A stretch of 10,940 bases of DNA, from contig JAYZQJ010000099.1 of the NCBI GenBank assembly GCA_036149055.1, positions 1 through 10,940 of the forward strand, written 5' to 3'. Made by a program: the position numbers and the translations under genes. The notes below the pieces were generated by a model that saw only the letters and a list, made by a program, of their open reading frames with translations, ran no database searches and was not told the origin of the DNA. Below, piece by piece: positions 1 to 7,900 of the stretch. Origin of the DNA: Myxococcota bacterium. Its GTDB lineage: Bacteria > Myxococcota_A > Polyangia > Polyangiales > Sandaracinaceae. The stretch's first letter is position 1, and every line of letters begins with the position of its first letter.

Positions 1-708
1 CTGCGCCATTCCGGTCGGCGTCGCCGCCGCGCCCACGGCGCGGGCGTCGTGGGTGGCGCCGGGCGCCTCGGCCCCCGGTCGAGGCGCCTGCGCGCTGGTC
101 GCCTCGGTGGTGGCGACCCGGCGCGGCCGCTCCTCCTCGCCGTCGTCGCCGGTCACGATGCGGCCGGTGTGCGGATCGGTGCGGAGCTCCAGCGGCTCGG
201 CCGGCTCGAGCGAGGCCGACGGCCCGACCTCGTCGCCGGGCGCCGGATCCACGATCGCGTGGGTGTCGGCCGGGTCGTGGCGGCGCAGCTCCGGGAGGTA
301 CCAGAGCCCGATGCCGACCATGAGCACGAGGGTCATCGCCATCGCGAACTGCGGGCGCATGGCGGAGCCGCCCACCCAGCGCACGAAGGAGGCCCAGAGC
401 CCGGCCTCGTCGGCGTCCTCGCGGGGCGCGCTGACCGGGGCGGCGCGCTCGACCGGGTCCGGGTCCGCGGCCGGGGCCCGCTCGGCCGCCTTCTCGCGGG
501 CGGCGCGCATCACCGCGGCCCGGAAGTCGGTGGGGGGCTCCTCGAGGGCGAGGCGGGACCCGAACGCGTGCCCGAGGGAGAGCCGATCCCAGGCGTCGCC
601 GCACGCCTCGCACCCCTCCAGGTGCGCGCGCGTGGCGTTCGCCTCGCTCTCGTCGAGCTCCTCGTAGAGCAGCTCGATCATCCGGTCGGTGCAGGTCTCG
701 CAATCCAC
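1..708 (-). CDS. Membrane-anchored zinc-binding (ZAS / zf-HC2) anti-sigma factor, partial (3' end beyond the left window edge)
   Basis: Not in the ORF track because it has no stop in the window. Manual translation from GTG at 708 gives MDCETCTDRMIELLYEELDESEANATRAHLEGCEACGDAWDRL..., which has the C-x25-HxxxCxxC ZAS motif. A hydrophobic segment FAMAMTLVLMVGIGLWYL (~nt 348-295) follows, then a Pro/Ala/Glu-rich extracytoplasmic region. The frame is open to position 1 and starts 11 nt downstream of the ECF sigma stop, the classic sigma/anti-sigma order. Confidence 0.9.
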   Translation of the reverse strand, partial: MDCETCTDRMIELLYEELDESEANATRAHLEGCEACGDAWDRLSLGHAFGSRLALEEPPTDFRAAVMRAAREKAAERAPAADPDPVERAAPVSAPREDADEAGLWASFVRWVGGSAMRPQFAMAMTLVLMVGIGLWYLPELRRHDPADTHAIVDPAPGDEVGPSASLEPAEPLELRTDPHTGRIVTGDDGEEERPRRVATTEATSAQAPRPGAEAPGATHDARAVGAAATPTGMAQ

Positions 709-719
709 GGCTCAGCCCA

Positions 720-1334
720 TCACTTCAGCTCTCGAACGTAGTCCTTATACTCATCCAGCGCTCGCTGGAGACGCTCCAGCGCGTAGCGCATCCGGCTCTT
801 CACGGTGTTCTCGGGGACCCCCACCACGGAGGCGATCTCCTTGAACGCCATGCCCTCGACCTGGCGCAGCAGGAACACCTCCCGCTGCTCTTCCGGCAGC
901 TCCTCGACCGCTTCGGCGATCCGCGCCTGGAGGTCCTTCGCGATGGCCGCCCGGTCGGCCTCCGGGCCGCCCGCCGCCTGCCGCTCCAGCAGGGTGGGGC
1001 CCTCGTCGTCCCCGGAGCGCGAGGGGGCGTCCAGCGATTTGTGTCGCCGGAACACCATCTTTCGGCTGTGGTCGATGCACAGGTTCCTCGCGATCGTGTA
1101 GAGCCAGGTGGACAGCTTGGAGTTGCCCTTGAAGTCCCGAGACCGCTGCACGACCTTCATGAAGACGTCCTGCAGCAGCTCGTCGGCGCGCTCTCGGCGC
1201 CGCACCGAGCGAAGGATGAAGTTGTAGAGAGGGCGCTCGTAGCGCCGCACGAGCCGCTCGAACGCGTCCGCGTCGCCCTCGTTGAATCGTCTCAGCAGCT
1301 CCTCGTCGGAGAGGTCGTCGGGGTCCTCCATCAC
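720..1334 (-). CDS. ECF-family RNA polymerase sigma-70 factor (RpoE/SigW-like)
   Basis: 204 aa. N-terminal SDEELL...GDADAFERLVRRY; region 2 ADELLQDVFMKV...STWLYTIARNLCIDHSRK; region 4 LPEEQREVFLLRQVEGMAFKEIASVVGVPENTVKSRMRYA. GAGGAG SD lies 8 nt upstream of GTG 1334; ATG 1331 is an alternative start. Confidence 0.96.
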   Translation of the reverse strand: MMEDPDDLSDEELLRRFNEGDADAFERLVRRYERPLYNFILRSVRRRERADELLQDVFMKVVQRSRDFKGNSKLSTWLYTIARNLCIDHSRKMVFRRHKSLDAPSRSGDDEGPTLLERQAAGGPEADRAAIAKDLQARIAEAVEELPEEQREVFLLRQVEGMAFKEIASVVGVPENTVKSRMRYALERLQRALDEYKDYVRELK

Positions 1335-1457
1335 CGTCCGAGCTCCTCGGATGAGCCGGTCCGGTGCGTTCCCTCGTCGAGACGGACGAGGTCGCGGAAG
1401 GATCTACGGCTCTCGTGATGAGGCAGATGGAGACTAAGGGGCATCGACCGGTGGCGG

Positions 1458-1487
1458 ATTCTAACCGGGAGCGCGCCCGCGTCCCGA
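1458..1487 (-). promoter_or_regulatory. Possible housekeeping-sigma promoter for the ECF/anti-sigma unit
   Basis: Minus-strand TAGAAT (1463-1458) is a 5/6 match to the -10 consensus and stands out in GC-rich DNA. The -35 is weak (TCGGGA, 1487-1482, 18-bp spacer). Confidence 0.35.
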
Positions 1488-1523
1488 GTTCGTTGCAGCC
1501 CGGGGTACGCGCTCAGATGCTCG

Positions 1524-1552
1524 TTGACCGAAAAAATGGCGGTTGCTATACG
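1524..1552 (+). promoter_or_regulatory. Putative sigma-70-type promoter for the TPR operon
   Basis: TTGACC (1524-1529), a 17-bp spacer containing an A6 tract, then TATACG (1547-1552) preceded by an extended -10 TGn (TG at 1544-1545). This is one of the most AT-rich patches of the window, ~120 nt upstream of the first CDS. Confidence 0.55.
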
Positions 1553-1674
1553 CGCTTGAGATTCCGAAGGAATCGGAGTTCCCGTATGCTCCGGCGGGAG
1601 CCCCCGACGCGCGGCGTCGCTGGCTCCGGAATGCGCTTGTCAGATATGCTGCTGTTTCAGCAGGGGGAGATGCG

Positions 1675-2481
1675 ATGCGCAGGGTGATTGCGCTCTCGGC
1701 GACCGTCACGGTTGCCACCTTCGTCGCCGGCACTGTCCTCTTCGCGGGGGGCGGGGCCATCGCTCAGGAGGAGGAGGCTGCCCCCGAGACGACCGACGCC
1801 GAGCTCGGCGCGGAGACTGGCGCTGAGACCGGCGCGGACGACGGCACCGACGCGGCGCCGCCGGCCGGGACCGACTCGACCGACACCGCCACGAGCGCCG
1901 AGCGCGACGAAGGCATGGACGCCGGCACCTACGCCGTGCGCCTCCGTGACCTCGAGCAGCGCATCAACGAGCTCAAGGAGCAGATCTTCCGCTCCAAGGC
2001 CCGCCTGTCGCTCCTCGCCGAGACCGTGCTCCAGGGCGTGGTCGCCGGCGCGCAGGCCGTGATCGTGCACGAGAACCGCATGAGCTCGAGCTACCGGCTC
2101 GTGAAGGCGGTCTACGCGCTCGACGGCGCCCGCATCTTCAGCAAGGCGGACGAGGAGGGCTCGCTGGGCGAGCGCCGCGACCTCGACATCTACGACGGCA
2201 GCATCGTGCCGGGCGAGCACACCCTGACCGTCAACCTCGAGTACCGCGGCCACGGCTACGGCATCTTCTCCTACCTGAAGGGCTACCGCTTCCGCGTCCG
2301 GTCGAACTACTCGTTCACCGCGCCGGAGGGCAAGGCCATCACCATCCGCGTCGTCGGCTACGAGAAGGGCGGCCCCACCGCTCCGCTCGAGGAGCGCCCC
2401 GCGATCCGGTACCAGGAGCGGGTGCAGGCTTCGCGCCGCGGCGCCGAGGACGAGGGCGGCGGAGAGTCGGGGGAGGAGTGA
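1675..2481 (+). CDS. Exported protein of unknown function: signal peptide, acidic linker, coiled coil, C-terminal beta-sandwich-like domain (268 aa)
   Basis: Start moved from the ORF-track TTG 1543 to ATG 1675, which follows SD GGGGGAGA (1663-1670) and begins a Sec signal MRRVIALSATVTVATFVAGTVLFAGGGAIA|QEE. Heptad segment YAVRLRDLEQRINELKEQIFRSKARLSLLAETVL, then alternating beta-strand patterns (YRLVKAVYALDG, PGEHTLTVNLEYRG, ITIRVVGYE). Strong GC3 bias. Confidence 0.85.
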   Translation: MRRVIALSATVTVATFVAGTVLFAGGGAIAQEEEAAPETTDAELGAETGAETGADDGTDAAPPAGTDSTDTATSAERDEGMDAGTYAVRLRDLEQRINELKEQIFRSKARLSLLAETVLQGVVAGAQAVIVHENRMSSSYRLVKAVYALDGARIFSKADEEGSLGERRDLDIYDGSIVPGEHTLTVNLEYRGHGYGIFSYLKGYRFRVRSNYSFTAPEGKAITIRVVGYEKGGPTAPLEERPAIRYQERVQASRRGAEDEGGGESGEE

Positions 2482-4901
2482 TGCAGAGGCGGCCCGAACC
2501 GCCCGCCCCCCGCGCGCGTACCTCGCCGGTGCGGATCGCGGCGGCGGCGCTCCTCCTCCTCGGGGGCCTGCCCTTCGGGTCGGGCGCGTCCGCGCAGTCC
2601 GTCGAGCAGGTCACGGCGGAGATCGTCGACCTCGAGGGCGACGCGCGGCGCCTCACCGGGCAGCCGCTGCGGCGATCCCGGCTCCGGAGCGAGACCTTCA
2701 TCGAGGAGCGGCTGGCCGACGGCGAGCTGTTCTATCGGCTGCAGGACTACATCCGGGCCTCGATCATCTTCACCGACATCGTCGAGAACTACCCGACGCA
2801 CCGGGCCTACCCGGACGCGCTCTTCCTGCTCGGCGACAGCCTCTTCCGCGCCGGCGACTACCTCGGCGCCCGCACCCGCTTCCGGGAGCTGATTCAGCAC
2901 ACCGGCGAGCGGGCGTACCGGGATCACGTGCAGCGCGCGCTCGGACGGCTGATCGAGATCGCCATCCACACCCGCGACTTCGACGGGGTGGAGGGCTACT
3001 TCGCGCAGCTCAGCCGGATCCCGCCGAGCGAGATCGAGGCGACGACGAACTACTACCGCGCGAAGTACCTCTACAACCGCGCGGTGCCCACCGAGGACGT
3101 GCTCCGCGCGATCGAGCAGAACGAGATCGGGGAGGGCGGCGAGCAGGCCGGGCCGGTCGTGCAGATCGACCAGTCGATGCTCGACCAGGCGCGGCAGGCC
3201 TTCGAGGGCGTGCAGGCCGGCAGCCCCTACTACCCGCAGGCGCGCTACTTCATCGGCGTCATCTACACCGTGCGGGAGCAGTACCCGCAGGCGATCGAGG
3301 CGTTCCGTCGGGTGCTCCGCGCGCCCGCCGAGACCGAGGAGCAGCGCCAGGTCATCGAGCTGACCCAGCTCGCGCTCGGCCGGCTCTACTACGAGACCGA
3401 CCAGCTCGATCAGGCGGTCGAGGCCTACCAGGCCGTGCCCCGCACCTCGACGAACTTCGACGTCGCGCTCTACGAGATCGCGTGGGTCTACATCCGCATG
3501 GGTGACAGCACCCGCGCCGAGCGCGCGCTCGAGGTGCTGAGCGTGGCCGCGCCCGAGAGCCGCTACATCCCGGACGGCAAGCTCCTGCGCGGCAACCTCC
3601 TGCTCCGCAACGGCCGCTTCGACGACGCCAACCGCATCTTCCGCGAGGTGGCGCGCGAGTTCGGGCCGGTCCGGCGCGAGCTCGACGAGATGATGAGCTC
3701 GCACGACGACCCGCAGGCGTACTTCCGCTCGCTGGTCCGCGAGAACATGGAGAGCTTCGACGCCAACGCGTTCCTGCCGCCGCTGGCGCAGCGCTGGGCG
3801 TCGCTCGAGGGCGACATGGACCGCGCGCTGAGCGTGCTCTCCGACCTCTCGCAGGCGCGGCGCCTCGTGCGCGAGACCAGCGAGCTGGTGGAGCGGCTCG
3901 AGGCCGCGCTGGCGCAGCCCAACCGGGTGGCGATCTTCGCGGACCTGCGGCTCCAGGCCGAGCGGAGCACCGCGCTCCGCAACCGCGTCGCCCACGCCCG
4001 CCGCGACCTGCTGCGCGTGTACGAGCGCCGTCACCCCGGCCAGGCCCAGGATCTCGCCGACACGCTCTCGCAGATCCGTCGCCTGGAGCGCTTCTTCAAC
4101 GGCATGCCGGTCGACGAGGGCGGCATGACCGACTTCGACGACGAGGTGCTCGGGCGCTACCGCCGCCTCGGCCGCGAGCTCGGCCGCCTCGAGGTCGAGC
4201 TCCAGGGCATGGAGGCGCGCATCGTGGCGATGGAGCGCTACCTCCAGGACACCGAAGAGCAGCGCGACGCCGAGGGCGTGGCCGCCATCCGGAACGAGCT
4301 CGCGGGTCACCGCGCCGCGGTCGACGAGTACCGCGAGAACATCCGGCAGCTCCGGATCGCGCTCGAGGCCTCGCGGCTCCAGGTCGGCCCGGGCGACGCC
4401 CGCTACGAGCGGCACGACCGCCTCCGCCGCGAGCACGCCCGCCTCACCGCCCAGGTCCAGGAGCGGCTCAGCGACTCGCAGATCTCGGGGCTCTTCACCC
4501 GGCTGACCCGGATCGAGTCGCAGCTCGACCAGCGCGACCAGGAGATCCAGGGGATCGTCCAGGAGCGCGTGACCGAGATCCAGACCCAGCTCCGCACCGA
4601 GTCGGAGCGCATCGTCGGCTACCGCGCGGCGCTCGAGGGCCTCGAGACCGAGACCGAGGAGGTCGTCGGCGCGGTCACGTACCACAACTTCCGTCAGGTC
4701 CAGCACCGCTTCTACGACCTGGTCCTCCGGGCGGACGTCGGGCGCATCGACGTGGCCTGGGCGCGGCGCGAAGAGCACCGCACCCGCGTCGAGATCCTGA
4801 CCCGCGAGCGCGCCCGCGAGATGCGCGCGCTCGACGACGAGTTCCGGGAGATCATGGACGAGACCACCGACGACGGCTCGGAGACCGAGGAGCTCGAGTA
4901 G
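2478..4901 (+). CDS. Exported TPR + long coiled-coil protein, GltC/NfsC-like by position and architecture (~807 aa)
   Basis: Signal peptide RIAAAALLLLGGLPFGSGASA|QSV. BamD/YbgF-type TPR motifs (YPTHRAYPDALFLLGDSLF, YYPQARYFIGVIY, LALGRLYYE, ALYEIAWVY). C-terminal ~350 aa is heptad-rich and helical. Overlaps the upstream stop (GTGATG; start at 2478 or 2481). The CDS is secure; the GltC label is inferred. Confidence 0.85.
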   Translation: MMQRRPEPPAPRARTSPVRIAAAALLLLGGLPFGSGASAQSVEQVTAEIVDLEGDARRLTGQPLRRSRLRSETFIEERLADGELFYRLQDYIRASIIFTDIVENYPTHRAYPDALFLLGDSLFRAGDYLGARTRFRELIQHTGERAYRDHVQRALGRLIEIAIHTRDFDGVEGYFAQLSRIPPSEIEATTNYYRAKYLYNRAVPTEDVLRAIEQNEIGEGGEQAGPVVQIDQSMLDQARQAFEGVQAGSPYYPQARYFIGVIYTVREQYPQAIEAFRRVLRAPAETEEQRQVIELTQLALGRLYYETDQLDQAVEAYQAVPRTSTNFDVALYEIAWVYIRMGDSTRAERALEVLSVAAPESRYIPDGKLLRGNLLLRNGRFDDANRIFREVAREFGPVRRELDEMMSSHDDPQAYFRSLVRENMESFDANAFLPPLAQRWASLEGDMDRALSVLSDLSQARRLVRETSELVERLEAALAQPNRVAIFADLRLQAERSTALRNRVAHARRDLLRVYERRHPGQAQDLADTLSQIRRLERFFNGMPVDEGGMTDFDDEVLGRYRRLGRELGRLEVELQGMEARIVAMERYLQDTEEQRDAEGVAAIRNELAGHRAAVDEYRENIRQLRIALEASRLQVGPGDARYERHDRLRREHARLTAQVQERLSDSQISGLFTRLTRIESQLDQRDQEIQGIVQERVTEIQTQLRTESERIVGYRAALEGLETETEEVVGAVTYHNFRQVQHRFYDLVLRADVGRIDVAWARREEHRTRVEILTRERAREMRALDDEFREIMDETTDDGSETEELE

Positions 4902-7900
4902 TGCGCGTCCGATTGTCGAACCGAAGCGTGCCGGCGGCCCTCGCGCGCGCCGCGCTCCTCAGCGCGCCGACCGCGCGCGCGCAGGAGGGCGACGGCCCGC
5001 AGGGTCAGCCCACGGGCCCGGTGAGCACCGAGCCGCTGCCGATGCCCGGCCCCGGCGAGAGCCTCTCGGACATGCCGCCGCCGCCCTGGGCGAACACGGC
5101 GGACGTGCCCAACCCGGCCTTCCTCGACACGACCGATCGCCGCATCGACGACGACCGGCCGCCGCCGAGCCCGGAGCAGGTCCAGGCGCTGCGCGAGATG
5201 GAGGCCGAGGTCCGCGCCTTCATGCAGGCGGGCGGCGCCTACCGCGGCTCCGTCAACTCGATCCTCGTCCGCGAGTACCACCGCCGTCGCCGCGAGCGGC
5301 AGGCCGGCTACGCGCGTCAGATCCGCGAAGAAGAGCGCCTCCAGAACGAGGCGATGGAGCGCGCGATCCGCCTCTTCGAGGCGTTCATCCGCCGCTACCC
5401 GGACGACCCGACCTACACCCCGGACGCGATGTTCCGGCTGGGCGAGCTCTACTACGAGCGCGCGGCCATCGCGTACCAGGAGGCCGCCGCGGCCGGCGAG
5501 GCACCCGGCGTCCCGGACTTCAGCGAGACGGTCGAGCTCTACCGCGCGCTGATCCAGCGCTTCCCCGACTACCGCCGGATCGACGGCGTCTACTACCTCA
5601 TCGGCTACTGCCTCAACGAGATGGCGCGCAACGAGGAGGCGCGCCTCGCGTGGCTCAACCTCGTGTGCGCGAACCGCTTCGAGTACACCGGCGAGCCGCC
5701 GCAGGCGGAGACCCCGGCCGAGGGCGAGGAGGGCTTCTCGGAGGAGGAGCACCCGGCGCTCGGGCTCGGCGGGTCGCTGGGGAACGAGACCACCGCCTTC
5801 GACGACCCCTACGCGGGCTGCACGCCGGTCACCCCGGACGCGCGCTTCGTGATGGAGGTCTGGCTCCGGATCGGCGAGTACCACTTCGACTTCGACTTCG
5901 AGCCGCACGCGCTCGACCGGGCGATCAGCGCCTACGGCAAGGTCCTCGCGGACCCCGAGGACCGCAACTACAACCTCGCCCTCTACAAGGTGGCCTGGGC
6001 CTACTACCGGGCCAGCCGCTACCCGGAGGCGATCGAGCACTTCGCCCGCCTGATCGACTGGTCGGACGAGCAGCTCCGCCGCACCGGCCGGGCCGGCACC
6101 GAGCTGCGCCGCGAGGCGGTCCAGTACCTCGGCATCACGTTCGCGTACGACGACTGGAACGAGAACCAGATCCCCGACCAAGAGGAGGGGATGCCGCGCG
6201 GGATCCAGCGCATCCAGAACCCGAACGTGCTCCCGCAGGACCGCGGGTGGACGAGCGAGATCTACTTCGAGCTGGGTCAGGTCTACTTCGAGGAGGCCAA
6301 GTACCCGGAGGCGGTCGAGGTGTGGGAGCTGGCGCTCTCGCGCTGGCCGAACTCCTCGCGCGCGCCCGAGATCACGGCGCAGATCGCGCGGGCGTGGCAG
6401 CGCCACCAGGAGATGGAGCGCGCCCTCGAGGCGCAGGCGCGCCTCGGCGACTACCGCGAGGGCTCCGAGTGGTGGAACGAGAACATGGACAACCCGGTGG
6501 AGCAGCGCCGGGCCGAGCAGCTCGCCGAGGGCGCGCTGATCAACGACGCCACCCGCCACCACCGCCAGGCCCAGATTCTCCGCCAGGAGGCCGTCCGTGA
6601 GCGCTCCGAGCAGCGCCTCCAGGAGGCGCTCCAGGAGTACAACCTCGCGGCGCAGGCCTACCAGGCCTACCTGAACAACTACCCGAACAGCCCGAACGCG
6701 TACGAGCTCCAGTACAACCTGGCCGACGCGCTCTTCTGGTCGGAGCAGTACGAGGAGGCGGCCCGCGTCTACGCCGCGGTGCGCGACAGCAACCTCGACG
6801 ACCGCTTCCTCAGCGAGTCGGCGCGTCGCGTGGTCGAGTCGCTGCACCGCCTCGTGGAGCAGGCCGAGCAGGACGGCAGCCTGGACATCCGCATGGGCGA
6901 GGAGGACATCCCCGAGCCCACCGGCACCCCGCCGCGCGTGACGCCGATGGAGATGCCGCTGATGGTCCAGCGCCTGGCGCAGGCCCGCGAGGTCTACCTG
7001 GCCCGCGTGCCCGAGGAGCAGGACCGCGAGCAGGTCCGGGCCGCGTACGACTACAACAACGCGCTCCTCCTCTACTACTACGGCTACTGGCCGCAGGCGC
7101 GTCAGCGCTTCCTCCGGATCTACGAGGAGCGCTGCAGCGGCCCGAACGCCAACCCGACCGGCCAGGTCGCCTGGGACAGCCTCTACAACATGGCGGTCGC
7201 GATGGGCGACACGCCGGAGGCCGAGCGGCTCAGCCGTGACGTCCAGCGCCGGGGCTGCACCTTCACCCCCGACGGCCCGACCTTCGAGAGCGACGAGCAG
7301 CGGGAGGACTGGTGTGAGCAGGCGGAGAACGCCGACTCCCCGCTCTGCACCGCCGGCACCGTGCTCACGAACGTGCGTTACCAGCGCGCGCTCGAGATCT
7401 TCACCCAGGCGGAGGGCGCCCAGGGCGACGAGCAGCGCCGGCTCTACGAGCAGAGCGCGACGATGCTGGTCAACGCGGTCAACGACGAGCCCAACCACCC
7501 GCAGGCGCCGGTCGCGCTCCTGCAGGCGGCGCTCGCGCTCGAGCGGACCCAGCGCTTCGACTCGGCGGGCCAGATCTACCAGCGCGTCATCGACCAGGTG
7601 ACGCCGATGCTGGGCGACGCGGACGGCGAGCGGGAGACGGAGCTCGAGGGCATCCTCGCCACCGCCTACTTCCGCCTCGCCTACACCGCGAACCGCTTCT
7701 TCGACTACGACCGCGCGGTGCAGAACTACCTGCAGATCGCGGACTCGCGGCGCTTCCAGGACAGCCGCGACACCGACATGCCCGAGCGCATCACCGACGC
7801 GCTCATCAACGCGGCCCGCATCCTCGAGTTCCAGCAGAACTACCGCCGCGCGGCCGAGTACTACGAGCGCGCCGCCGGCCGCCTCACCGACCCGGCCGAC

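Noticed and set aside
49..741. Plus-strand ORFs 49-741 and 53-667
   Set aside because: Shadows of the minus-strand anti-sigma gene, which has a recognisable ZAS motif and TM helix.
1345..1375. ECF autoregulatory promoter (minus-strand GGAAC near 1371-1367)
   Set aside because: No convincing -10 element at 16-17 bp spacing, and the implied start site would fall within the RBS.
1543..1674. ORF-track N-terminal extension of the first operon gene (TTG 1543)
   Set aside because: It overlaps the predicted -10 box, has atypical codons and would bury the signal peptide. ATG 1675 has a good SD.
1675..2481. Enzyme assignment (e.g. dihydrolipoamide acetyltransferase-type label, which I recall on similar proteins but cannot verify)
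   Set aside because: No lipoyl-lysine or acyltransferase catalytic motif is visible, and the protein has an export signal. Only the Ala/Pro/acidic linker is superficially similar.
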